Assembly (NCBI GenBank): GCA_029219205.1
Contig: JAQXSY010000143.1
Location: 1-60,892 of the forward strand
Origin: Bacillota bacterium
GTDB taxonomy: Bacteria > Bacillota > Clostridia > Oscillospirales > CAG-272
Direction of reading: 5' to 3'
DNA length: 60,892 nucleotides
Positions 37,554-47,054 of the stretch are shown in pieces; position 1 is the first letter of the stretch; each line of letters begins with the position of its first letter. A model generated the notes under the pieces. The model saw nothing but the letters and a program-made list of their open reading frames with translations, was not told where the DNA came from and did not search any database. Both the position numbers and the translations under genes were made by a program.

Positions 37554-37652
37554 AGCGTTATCCTCCGTGTTAACATCAGGTTAATAATTATTCGGTATAA
37601 TTTCCGTACCGCGGCGCAACGCCGCAGAGCTTTTTTCGGGAGATATTATATT

Positions 37653-38303
37653 ATGTTTTACGCCGGAAATTACAAGGCCTGCATATTCGATTTCGATTTT
37701 ACCCTCTGCGATGCCTCGGAGGGCATTATTAAAAGCTATAACGATTCATTTGAAGCGTTCGGAATGGAGCGACGCCCGGACGACGTTATCAAAAAAACCA
37801 TAGGAATGCATGTCAAGGACAGCTTTACGCTCATGAGCTCTGTCAGCGACCCGGCAATGCGCGATGCATTCTATGAAAAATTCGTTTCGGTCGCCGACAC
37901 CTGCATGACCGGCATGACGAAGCCGCTGCCCGGAGCCCTTGAGCTGCTTGCGTCGCTGCATGAAAAGGGCATACGGACGGCGATCGTTTCAACGAAGCTC
38001 GCCCGCCGGATTATCGAATACTTTGAAAAAGCGGGAGTATCCGGCTTCACAGACCTGATAATCGGCGGAGAAGACGTAAAATCCCCGAAGCCGGATCCCG
38101 AGGGACTTCTGCTTGCAGTTGCAAAGCTAGGTCTGAGCAAAAGCGACTGTCTGTATATCGGGGACAGCTTTATAGACGCAAAAACCGCGGAGGCAGCCGG
38201 CGTGGACTTTGCTGCGGTTACCACCGGCACAACCTGTGCGGACGACTTTTTAAAATACAGCTGCAAAGCCGTCCTGGACGGAGTTTATGAGCTTTACGTG
38301 TAA
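37653..38303 (+). CDS. HAD superfamily hydrolase (phosphoglycolate phosphatase-like)
   Basis: DxDxT motif I (IFDFDFTLCD), motif II (IVSTK) and motif IV (GDSFIDAKTA). Confidence 0.75.
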   Translation: MFYAGNYKACIFDFDFTLCDASEGIIKSYNDSFEAFGMERRPDDVIKKTIGMHVKDSFTLMSSVSDPAMRDAFYEKFVSVADTCMTGMTKPLPGALELLASLHEKGIRTAIVSTKLARRIIEYFEKAGVSGFTDLIIGGEDVKSPKPDPEGLLLAVAKLGLSKSDCLYIGDSFIDAKTAEAAGVDFAAVTTGTTCADDFLKYSCKAVLDGVYELYV

Positions 38304-38306
38304 GCG

Positions 38307-39800
38307 TCAGAGGATAATGCAGATAAGACCGCCGCTTCCCTCGTTTATTACGCGGCGCAGCGTTTCTCCGATTTTCTCCCTTGCGTCCGGGGGCATATGC
38401 TCGAGTTTTGTGTGGAGACCGTCGGTCACAAGCTCGTAAAGCGTCTTGCCGAATATGTTGGAATCCCATATTTTTGAAGGATCCGACTCAAATTCGCTTG
38501 TAAGGAAGCGTATCAGCTCCTCAGACTGCTGCTCCGTGCCGACAATCGGATTTATTTCTGTTTCAATATCCGCTTTTATCATGTGAATTGACGGTCCGCT
38601 CGCCCTGAGACGCACTCCGTAGCCGCTGCTCTGTTTGATTATCTCCGGTTCTTCGAGCTTTAGGTCACTCATTTCCGGAGTAACGATGCCGTAGCCGCTG
38701 CGCTCTGTCTCTGCAAGCGCGTCGGAGATGCGGTCATACTTGCTCTTGACCGACGCAAGCTCCTTAAGAAGCAATATCAGAGATTCGTCTCCGTCAAGCT
38801 TAAACCCGGTCAGCTCTCCGATGATACTGTAATAGAGTCCGTCTTCAAGCTCGGTTTCGATTTCCGCTTTTCCGGTTCCGAGATCAATGGCCGAAATACG
38901 CGCGTCTTTTACATACTCGTTATTACCGACATCCGCAAAAGCCGTTTTTATGTCGCCGGCCCGGCGCACGCTCTCCGCCGCGCGTATTACCGATTCGCAA
39001 AGCGACGCACGCAGCCTGTGATCCGGCTCGAGCGCAAACACCCAGTCCGGAAGCGAAACCTTTATCTCCTTTACCGGAAATTCAAGAAGAACCATTTCGA
39101 GTATTCCGCGGATGTCGTCGCTGTTCAGCTCAAGACAGTTGACGAGCGCGACCGGAACGCCGTATTTTTCCTCCGCCGACATTGCAATTCTGACGCTTTC
39201 CTCATTTTCGGGCATGGCGGAGTTGATGATTATTACAAACGGCTTTCCCTGCGCCTTCAGCTCGTTTATTACGCGGCTTTCCGCCTCAACGTAATTCTGA
39301 CGGGGTATGTCTCCGATCGTCCCGTCGGTCGTAACAACCATGCCGACCGTTGAATGATCGCATATAACCTTGCGCGTACCCATTTCAGCCGCTTCCTCAA
39401 ACGGCATGGGTTCCTTTGACCACGGCGTGTTGACCATTCTCGGCTCGCCGTTTTCTGTGTGGCCCGCCGCTTCGGGAATTATGTATCCGACGCAGTCAAC
39501 CATCTTAACGCGCATCTGCGCGTTGTCCGACAGCTTCACAGTAACCGCTTCATCCGGAACAAATTTCGGTTCCGTCGTCATGACCGTGCGTCCCGCCGAG
39601 CTTTGCGGCATCTCGTCGCGCGCTCTTTCCCGGTCGTAGCGGTCGGTTATGTTCGGCAAAACCAGCGTTTCCATGAATTTTTTGATAAATGTGGACTTTC
39701 CCGTGCGTACCGGTCCGACCACGCCTATATAGATATCTCCGCCTGTCCTTTCGGCTATGTCGGCGTAAATATCAGAGTGTACCGATGTGTTTTCGTTCAT
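38307..39800 (-). CDS. spoIVA: stage IV sporulation protein A (spore coat morphogenetic ATPase)
   Basis: IYIGVVGPVRTGKSTFIKKFME Walker A in an N-terminal context typical of SpoIVA, 497 aa. Start at ATG 39800 (GGGAGG upstream). Confidence 0.9.
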   Translation of the reverse strand: MNENTSVHSDIYADIAERTGGDIYIGVVGPVRTGKSTFIKKFMETLVLPNITDRYDRERARDEMPQSSAGRTVMTTEPKFVPDEAVTVKLSDNAQMRVKMVDCVGYIIPEAAGHTENGEPRMVNTPWSKEPMPFEEAAEMGTRKVICDHSTVGMVVTTDGTIGDIPRQNYVEAESRVINELKAQGKPFVIIINSAMPENEESVRIAMSAEEKYGVPVALVNCLELNSDDIRGILEMVLLEFPVKEIKVSLPDWVFALEPDHRLRASLCESVIRAAESVRRAGDIKTAFADVGNNEYVKDARISAIDLGTGKAEIETELEDGLYYSIIGELTGFKLDGDESLILLLKELASVKSKYDRISDALAETERSGYGIVTPEMSDLKLEEPEIIKQSSGYGVRLRASGPSIHMIKADIETEINPIVGTEQQSEELIRFLTSEFESDPSKIWDSNIFGKTLYELVTDGLHTKLEHMPPDAREKIGETLRRVINEGSGGLICIIL

Positions 39801-39840
39801 AAAAAAACCTCCCGTTTTTACTGTCGTCAAAACCGGGAGG
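39801..39840 (-). promoter_or_regulatory. hairpin that pairs the spoIVA Shine-Dalgarno sequence with an upstream anti-SD; also terminator-like
   Basis: On the minus-strand RNA, CCUCCCG (39840-39834) pairs with CGGGAGG (39814-39808, the SD) over 7 bp with a 19-nt loop, followed by UUUUUUU and then the AUG. Confidence 0.45.
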
Positions 39841-39930
39841 CTCCTCCTCCCGCAGACAATGACTTGTGCCGCCGCACTCTTATGTCTAATTATATTGTCC
39901 GCGGGAGAATTATATTACTGTTTTTTGTTT

Positions 39931-41379
39931 TCAGCAGGCAAGCAAAGCTTCAAGTATTTTCCAGAAGCGTTCAAAAGAAGCCAGGTCAAGCGTTTCGTCC
40001 GGCGTGTGTATGTTTAAAATGTCCGGTCCGATCGAAATTGCGTCAATTTCGGGCAGAGCGTCCGCAATAACGCCGCATTCAAGACCTGCGTGTATAGATT
40101 CGGTGCGCACTTCACGTCCTAAAATCTCCGACGCCGTCCGGATATAATCCTTCTGAAGCGGCGTATTTGTCCTCAGCGCCCATCCGGGATAGCGGTTGAA
40201 ACATTCGTGCTCCGCGCCGATATATTTTGCAATACGCGCGCACTTTGCCGCGATGTCGTCAAGACGGCTCGCAAGCGACGACCTTGCAAGCAGAAGAACC
40301 GATACGCATCCGTCCTCAGTTTTCAGTATTCCGTAGTTCGCAGACGATTCGACAACGCTCCGGTCCGCCGTACAAAACGACTGAACGCCGCATGGCATAA
40401 GCGTCATCATCGCTATCACCTTCGAAGTGTCGGCAAACGACAGCATATCCGCGTCTGCGGCGACAGTACGAGGACGTCCGGTCAGTATTTTGAATTTCCG
40501 GTCCGGTTCCGTCAGTTCCGGACGTATCATTTCTTCAAATTCGTGCACGGCGGCTGTAAATCCGTCCGGTTCCGCAGTAAACACGCGTATGTCGCATTCT
40601 CTCGCTATGGCGTTGTCCTTTGCGCCGCCGTCCGCCGACACAATATTAAACGGGAATTTATCATATACATAACCGAGCATGCGTCCGGCGGTTTCTATCG
40701 CGTTCGCGCGCCCGAGGTGTATGTCGGCGCCGGAGTGTCCTCCTGCAAGCCCTCTGAGCTTTATATCAACGGTCCTTCCGATTTTCGGCTGAATAAGCCG
40801 CTCTGTTCGAAGCGTCGTTTTTATCCTGACTCCGCCCGCACAGCTGACCGTAGCGGCGCCTTCGCTTTCCGAATCGAGATTGATGAGCCGCGCCGCCCTA
40901 AGCTGAGAACAGTCAAAGGAACGGATTCCGCTCATCCCGACTTCCTCGTCCGTCGTAAACAGGCATTCAAGCTCCGGATGCGGTATGTCCTCGGTAAGCG
41001 CAGCCATCATCGCGGCAACTCCCGCTCCGTCGTCGCCTCCGAGCGTCGTTCCGTCCGCGCTGAGCATGTCGCCGTTAAGTCTGAGACGAAGCGGCTCGTT
41101 CATAAAATCATGCTCCGTGTCGGCGTTCTTTTCGCAGACCATATCTATATGACCCTGAAGCAGAACGGCCGGCCTGTTTTCGTATCCTGCGGAGGCGGGA
41201 CGTCTTACAAGCACGTTTCCGGCTTCGTCGCGCACATATTCAAGTCCGTTTTTACGGGCAAAATCCTCTATATAGTCCGACGCCGCTTTTTCATTGCCCG
41301 ACGGGCGCGGCACAGAACATAATTCCTCAAAATACCGGAACATGGATTCCGGCTTTCTGTTTTTTATAATGTATTCCAT
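39931..41379 (-). CDS. pepD: aminoacyl-histidine dipeptidase (Xaa-His dipeptidase, M20 family)
   Basis: 482 aa with FEELCSVPRPSGNE, QGHIDMVCEKN and GGDDGAGVA motifs characteristic of PepD. Confidence 0.85.
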   Translation of the reverse strand: MEYIIKNRKPESMFRYFEELCSVPRPSGNEKAASDYIEDFARKNGLEYVRDEAGNVLVRRPASAGYENRPAVLLQGHIDMVCEKNADTEHDFMNEPLRLRLNGDMLSADGTTLGGDDGAGVAAMMAALTEDIPHPELECLFTTDEEVGMSGIRSFDCSQLRAARLINLDSESEGAATVSCAGGVRIKTTLRTERLIQPKIGRTVDIKLRGLAGGHSGADIHLGRANAIETAGRMLGYVYDKFPFNIVSADGGAKDNAIARECDIRVFTAEPDGFTAAVHEFEEMIRPELTEPDRKFKILTGRPRTVAADADMLSFADTSKVIAMMTLMPCGVQSFCTADRSVVESSANYGILKTEDGCVSVLLLARSSLASRLDDIAAKCARIAKYIGAEHECFNRYPGWALRTNTPLQKDYIRTASEILGREVRTESIHAGLECGVIADALPEIDAISIGPDILNIHTPDETLDLASFERFWKILEALLAC

Positions 41380-41507
41380 AAAATGCCCAGACGCGGTTTC
41401 ATTGAAGAAACCGTCCTCCTCTTTAAATCATATTCGTGAAAAGAAAAACAAAAACTTCGTTCTTTTTTGGAAACAAATTTTCAATAAATCCGTCAAATAC
41501 GGATAAT

Positions 41508-41837
41508 TCACTCCGCGCAATCTGCGTCGTCGTCGGTCGCTTCAAAATTTTTGAGCAGCTCGCGGGCGGCTTCATAATCGGAATACGCAACATAGAGTCT
41601 GCTGTAACCGGCTGCCGAGCCGAGAAATACCCCGAGGCCGGCTCCGCCGGTCTGCCTGCAAATACACGGTATTCCGTTTTCACGCAGCGCCTCTTCGAGC
41701 ATTTCCGACCACACGGAATCGTTTTCGGTCAGAAAAACCATGTCGGCCGGCTCCGGCTGACGTATGTGCTTTTTTGTGCCGCACCAGCCGCACACCGCAC
41801 TTTCGCTGAGTCTCTTGCATTTATTGCAGTAATACAT
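41508..41837 (-). CDS. small zinc-ribbon plus DUF2007-like (putative signal-transducing) protein
   Basis: 109 aa from ATG 41837 (GGGAGG upstream). N-terminal CNKC...CGWC ribbon, then a beta-alpha-beta region ending YSDYEAARELL, as in DUF2007. Confidence 0.5.
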   Translation of the reverse strand: MYYCNKCKRLSESAVCGWCGTKKHIRQPEPADMVFLTENDSVWSEMLEEALRENGIPCICRQTGGAGLGVFLGSAAGYSRLYVAYSDYEAARELLKNFEATDDDADCAE

Positions 41838-42064
41838 AAACGCGCCTCCCTTACACTCGGATTCAATTTCCAAATTATCTCATTATTATTATATAATACA
41901 ACTGTTAATATTTTGTGAATGAGATAAAATAATACTGAAGTTGTGATATAATACTCACAGGAAATCCTGCCGGCGCGCCTCACACGAGTCCTCCCTTTTA
42001 TTACAGCTTCAAAGAGGCTCCCTCAATCGGGCTTTCTGCCGGAACGGAAAGCCCCGGATATGCT

Positions 42065-45000
42065 TTGAAAGGCATCTTTGCTATGAATATACTGATCAAA
42101 ATTCTGATAAATTACGCTGTGCTGTCGGCTTTTACGCTCCCTCTGACGGCTGCGTTTGCCGCGTTTGGGAAAAGAATACCGAAAAAGCACGCGCTGATTT
42201 TCCGCGTTATTCTCTCGCTGCGGCTGTTGATCCCGGCAGGCATGTTTTCATATACGGCGCAAAATCCGACAAATCCCGCGTTTCAGTACGCCGCCGTGAT
42301 ATACTTATGCGGTGCGGCTGTTTCGTTTGCATACTCTTTGCGCAGGCTCGAAAAGGACAAAAACGTCCGCGCTTTGCCTCTGCTCGCCTGCGCCGCATCT
42401 TCGCTTCACTTTTTTAATCCGCTGGTGCGCATTGCGCTCAAAGAACGGCGCACAGAAAACGTATCCGAAGTATCCGGCTCCGTTTTCCTGGCGACGGCAG
42501 TGCTTATCGTCGCGGCAAGCGGATTTGTTTTCAAAGCCTTTCCCGAAAACAGTCCTCCTCAGCCGCCCGAAACAACCTCTCCCGTAACCGAGCCGCCTCC
42601 TCCGCTTCCTCCGGAACACACTCTTTCCGGTTCCTACGACGAAATATATTACCGAATTGAAGGAGAAACGTATCTCGGACAGATTCCGGATCTGCGCGTT
42701 ATAGGCGATCTTCTGAGCGAGCTTGCGGATTACATATGTTATTTTTCTCCCCGCGCGCTGAATCCCATGCCGCTCAGTTCCGCAGAGGAACTTCTGTCCT
42801 GCGCGGTGTCGCGTACCGGAACCGGCGCTTTCAACGGCAGCGAGCTTGCAAGGCTTTTTGCCGGCAAAACGCTCTCTGCCGGAAGCCTTCGTCTGTGGTC
42901 GGATGTTGCAAACAGTCTCCCAAATCACGCCGCCGTGCCGTTTGCGCGCGCCGTAACCGCCGAATACTACGGAAAAGACGAGGCAAAATGGCTGCTTGAC
43001 CGTTCTCTTGCAATTCTTTCCGAAAGCGTCGGGGCCTATCCGCAGTTTACCGTGCTGCCGGTATATTCCTCTCAGCAAACAAACCCGGTCGGATGCCTGC
43101 TTGCGAACGCATCAGCGCTCACTCTCGACGACAGCGCCGACGGTTTTTCCGACGACGGAAGTATCTTTCACGGCACAGTCAGCCGCGGCTGGATCGGACG
43201 TCCGACAACTCTTTCCGGCGAGCTTACGCCCGAAAAGGCGTCAGATATTCTCGGCTTTGCGATTGAAGCCGTCGGAAATAAATATACTTCGCAGAACGGC
43301 TGCGTTATGATCCCCTGCGTTTCGCGCGACGGTTACATCTGCCGCATATGCCTGATAAGAGACAGCGTCGCCGTTCCGGTTGTAATAACCGACGATTCGC
43401 TTGCCGATGCAGCAGACAAAATCGTTTTCACATATTACCCGTATTCCGGCGACGGACGGACTGCGGCATTATTTGCCTCGGGAGCTCTGTCCGGAGAGGA
43501 AGTCCAATACAAAACTGACGCCGCGCTTGCGCTGCTGGAAAGAACCGTTTCCGACGAAACTCCCGACGTAACATACCTGCGGGCGCTTGCCGAAGCGATA
43601 AAAGCCGCCGAAAGCGCGGATGACGCCCGTCTGGAAACAGTATTCTGGACTGTATTCAAAGCAATTAAGGATCCGGCACGGCGCGAGCTGTTCAGGCTCA
43701 CTGTACTTGATCTTCCGGGTGAAGCGTCTCTGAAAAAAATCGCCGGCGGCGCGCCGATACCGTCCGATCCGTCGCTATACATAAAAGACTATGTTTTCTG
43801 TATCGGAGGACAGGAAAACAGCCTGCTCGGATACACTCTCGTATCTGTGCCCGCAGCCGCAGCTTACGAACAGTTTACAATCAGGCAGCCGGTCGTCACC
43901 GGTTCAGGAATCGCCGTAACTCCCGAGCTGTATTACAGTATTTTCGGCGCGGATGTTGAAGAGATTACGGCGCTCAGGTGGAACGGCGAGCGCGTATATA
44001 TGGCGGAATCCGGAGGAAAAGATCTCTGGCTTTTCATTCTCAAAGGCGGAGCCGCCGTTCCGATCGAAACCGTTTCCGGAATGGAGGTATTGCTGAAAAA
44101 CTCTTCGTTCTATTCGATATCCTTCGGAACAACGCTTTCTTCCGACGAACTCGTTTCCGACGGGCTTATATACACCTACGCCGTATTCTCGAACGAGGAC
44201 GGAACAGTAACGTCCAAAACGCACGAAATCAGACTTCCACGAATAAACGGCGCGGACGAGGAGCTGAACCGAAGCATCTGCGACGGATTTTTTACGCCGG
44301 ATACGCTCAAAATTCTAAAAAGCATTGAAAATGTAAATGTGCAAGGCAAGAATCCGGTCAGCATCGACGTAGAATACTCAGTATCAAAGGTGTCCGGAAT
44401 CGACGATGACGAACCCTGCGTCGCCGCGATTGACATTGTAACGCGCATATCCGGCGGCGGCATGGACGAGGAAAACCACAAGGTCATTTACATCAGCGCC
44501 GATACCGCAGCAGTCTGTGACAAATCGGAATATCTGAAGCGTTTCTATCTTACTTCAGACGATATCTATACCGAACTGAACAAGGACTACTACTTCTTCA
44601 AATATTTTTACGACTACGTCGGACCCGGCTATACGCTTACTCCCGAAACAGATCCGTGCAGCGTGTTTATTTCGGAAAGCGGAAAGCTGAGCGTCTACGT
44701 TTCGCTTTGCGGAGAGAACAGCGTAAACGTTGATTTTTCGGAAAAAGCCGACATTGACGAAACGTCGGGGAATGTTATACTCAGAAAAGGGCCGTTCCCC
44801 TTCAAAAAAGCAAAGCTTTTGCAGAATCCGGCGCTCGACATTTGCGATATGTACAATCTAACCTTTAACACCGCATACAGCCCGTCGTATCGCGCCGTCC
44901 ATAGCTTCAGATTCCCGCAGCTGACAGTCAGACTCGGAATGAACGACGGTGCCGTAAAGCTTAACGAAAAGCTTGAAGCCGATTTCACGGAACTGTTCGG

Positions 45001-45940
45001 CAATACGCTCGACGCCCTGTATAACGGCGTATTCGGAAGATATCCCGAAGACGTTTATAACGTGTCATATACGTATACCGAACGCGGCGGGATCTTTGCG
45101 ATAATAATCAAAATTGCAAAAAGCGGCGCAGAAGGCGAAGGTCCGTCAAATTACCTTACATATTACTACGACCGGGAGGCGGACGCGGTTCTTACGCTCG
45201 ACGAATACTTAAACAGATTCGGCTTCACAAAAGAAACCGCGGCGGCATCGGTTCCAAAGCTGCTTTACGCCGGAAAATACGCCATGCCCGGCTATACTCT
45301 CGTTCCCGACGACATATACGGGGCGTACATAGGTGCAAACGGCGCGCTGACGCTGTTTGCGGACATTGAAAACAAGCAGAACGCGCTCCGGCGCAACGGA
45401 GTTTTCAGCGCGGCGATTCTTGAAAACGGATTTGCATTCGACAGCACCGCCGACCCCATGCCCGAAGCGGAATATTACGAAAACGCGTTCATATTAAAAG
45501 AAAGATTCGGCGCCGAAAAAAGATACTTTTACAAAATATACGCCGCGTCCCCGGTTTTTGAGCCCGAAACCGGCGCAGCGGTTTTACGCTGTATACGCGA
45601 GGACGGCGCCGTGTCTTTTGCGGTTATTGACGCAACCGGAGACTCGGATACTCAAAAAGGCTCCGACCCGCGCAACCGCGGCGTAATATACGAATGCGGC
45701 ATAACCATATCTGACATACTTGCGGCGCACAATACGGATAATAACGTGCAGGCAGAAGCTCCCGTCTTCTCGGACATTTCACTCGGCAGAGCGATCACGT
45801 TCAGATACAGCCTTGTTATCGAAAACGGCTCTCTTTCCGGTACGGCGCATTACGATACAGAAAGCTGCGAGGTAACTCTGATTCCGGACAACAGCCTGTC
45901 CTCAAAAACCGGCAATGACACGGAACAGTTTAACGGATAA
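42065..45940 (+). CDS. very large membrane-anchored protein: BlaR1/M56-like N-terminal TM region without HExxH, Pro-rich linker, about 1100-aa extracytoplasmic region with two DUF4163/DUF3298-like modules
   Basis: Uninterrupted 1291-codon ORF. The start is uncertain (TTG 42065 or ATG 42083) and neither has a strong SD. There are about 4 TM helices in the first 165 aa, then PPQPPETTSPVTEPPPPLPPEH. See findings for the repeated modules. Confidence 0.7.
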   Translation: MKGIFAMNILIKILINYAVLSAFTLPLTAAFAAFGKRIPKKHALIFRVILSLRLLIPAGMFSYTAQNPTNPAFQYAAVIYLCGAAVSFAYSLRRLEKDKNVRALPLLACAASSLHFFNPLVRIALKERRTENVSEVSGSVFLATAVLIVAASGFVFKAFPENSPPQPPETTSPVTEPPPPLPPEHTLSGSYDEIYYRIEGETYLGQIPDLRVIGDLLSELADYICYFSPRALNPMPLSSAEELLSCAVSRTGTGAFNGSELARLFAGKTLSAGSLRLWSDVANSLPNHAAVPFARAVTAEYYGKDEAKWLLDRSLAILSESVGAYPQFTVLPVYSSQQTNPVGCLLANASALTLDDSADGFSDDGSIFHGTVSRGWIGRPTTLSGELTPEKASDILGFAIEAVGNKYTSQNGCVMIPCVSRDGYICRICLIRDSVAVPVVITDDSLADAADKIVFTYYPYSGDGRTAALFASGALSGEEVQYKTDAALALLERTVSDETPDVTYLRALAEAIKAAESADDARLETVFWTVFKAIKDPARRELFRLTVLDLPGEASLKKIAGGAPIPSDPSLYIKDYVFCIGGQENSLLGYTLVSVPAAAAYEQFTIRQPVVTGSGIAVTPELYYSIFGADVEEITALRWNGERVYMAESGGKDLWLFILKGGAAVPIETVSGMEVLLKNSSFYSISFGTTLSSDELVSDGLIYTYAVFSNEDGTVTSKTHEIRLPRINGADEELNRSICDGFFTPDTLKILKSIENVNVQGKNPVSIDVEYSVSKVSGIDDDEPCVAAIDIVTRISGGGMDEENHKVIYISADTAAVCDKSEYLKRFYLTSDDIYTELNKDYYFFKYFYDYVGPGYTLTPETDPCSVFISESGKLSVYVSLCGENSVNVDFSEKADIDETSGNVILRKGPFPFKKAKLLQNPALDICDMYNLTFNTAYSPSYRAVHSFRFPQLTVRLGMNDGAVKLNEKLEADFTELFGNTLDALYNGVFGRYPEDVYNVSYTYTERGGIFAIIIKIAKSGAEGEGPSNYLTYYYDREADAVLTLDEYLNRFGFTKETAAASVPKLLYAGKYAMPGYTLVPDDIYGAYIGANGALTLFADIENKQNALRRNGVFSAAILENGFAFDSTADPMPEAEYYENAFILKERFGAEKRYFYKIYAASPVFEPETGAAVLRCIREDGAVSFAVIDATGDSDTQKGSDPRNRGVIYECGITISDILAAHNTDNNVQAEAPVFSDISLGRAITFRYSLVIENGSLSGTAHYDTESCEVTLIPDNSLSSKTGNDTEQFNG

Positions 45941-45963
45941 ATGCATAGAATATAAAAAAATAT

Positions 45964-46010
45964 AAAAACGCGCTGCGGCGTAAAATGCCGCGGCGCGCTT
46001 TTTGTTTTTT
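45964..46010. terminator. bidirectional rho-independent terminator between the giant ORF and lysR-type gene
   Basis: 11-bp GC-rich stem CGCGCTGCGGC/GCCGCGGCGCG with loop GTAAAAT, flanked by an A-run and TTTTTGTTTTTT. Confidence 0.8.
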
Positions 46011-46012
46011 CG

Positions 46013-46903
46013 TCAGCCCTTGTTTGAGGCATAGATTTTAATTATTTCGCTTAGAATGTCCATGTCGGAAAAGGATTTATTGTATATGATCTTCGTTTCC
46101 CGAATCATGCTCAGATTCTCAATCGGAAGCGCGGTGATTTTTCCCTTTTTCAGCTCGTCCATACATGCGCTTCGCGGAAGTATGGATATTCCGAGATCCA
46201 TCCGTATAAGATCCTTTATCGTCGCAATATTATCCACTTCGAGCGTTACATTGAAATTATCAATGGTTTCATTATTGCTCTCAAGCGTTGACTCAAAAAG
46301 CATGCGCGTTGCCGAGGCGGGAGTGCGCAGAATCATTTTCTGCTTCTTCAGCTCCGCAAGCGTAACGGCTCCTTTGGAGGCGAGCGGATTATTGTTGGAC
46401 ATGACGCACATAAGATAATCCGTGTCCAGCATCATTGAGGAAAAGCCCGGATTGTTTGAAGCGCCGTCAACAATCGCCATGTCAATCTCATAATTGCCAA
46501 GCATATCATAAAGATTATTTATTGTGTCAGTATATAATATTATCTTTAAATTATTATGACGGCTGCTGCATTTTGCCAAAGAAGCCGCCGTCAGATTGCT
46601 CTCGGCAGTATGCGTTATGCCCACCCGGAGCACCGTCAGATTCTTTCCGGCGTTCTGAATCTCCATACGCATTTTTTCGTTCAGCGCGGTCAGGCGGCGG
46701 GCATACTTTACCACGATTTCTCCCTGCGGAGTAAGCTTCAAGCCGTTTTTTTTACGTACAAACAGAGGCGCGCCGACTTCTTCCTCAAGCTGTTTGATGT
46801 GATGACTGACCGCAGGCTGAGTCATAGACAGCGCTTCGGCTGCACGTGTAAAATTCTGATGCTCAACAACCGCGAGCAGCGTTTCCATTTTTGTTCCTAA
46901 CAT
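46013..46903 (-). CDS. LysR family transcriptional regulator
   Basis: N-terminal wHTH NFTRAAEALSMTQPAVSHHIKQLEEEVG plus a substrate-binding domain of typical length. Divergent from the antiporter gene. Confidence 0.85.
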   Translation of the reverse strand: MLGTKMETLLAVVEHQNFTRAAEALSMTQPAVSHHIKQLEEEVGAPLFVRKKNGLKLTPQGEIVVKYARRLTALNEKMRMEIQNAGKNLTVLRVGITHTAESNLTAASLAKCSSRHNNLKIILYTDTINNLYDMLGNYEIDMAIVDGASNNPGFSSMMLDTDYLMCVMSNNNPLASKGAVTLAELKKQKMILRTPASATRMLFESTLESNNETIDNFNVTLEVDNIATIKDLIRMDLGISILPRSACMDELKKGKITALPIENLSMIRETKIIYNKSFSDMDILSEIIKIYASNKG

Positions 46904-47054
46904 ACCGTTACCATAAATAAAATTTATTAAAGTTAAAAATAATATAATTTGCTTTTATCCAAAAAAACGCTTATGATATATTAGTATAACACACCGCTCA
47001 ACTTTTTACAAGTACGTTTCGCGGCATCCCGATTCAATTAAGAAGGAGGTACAT

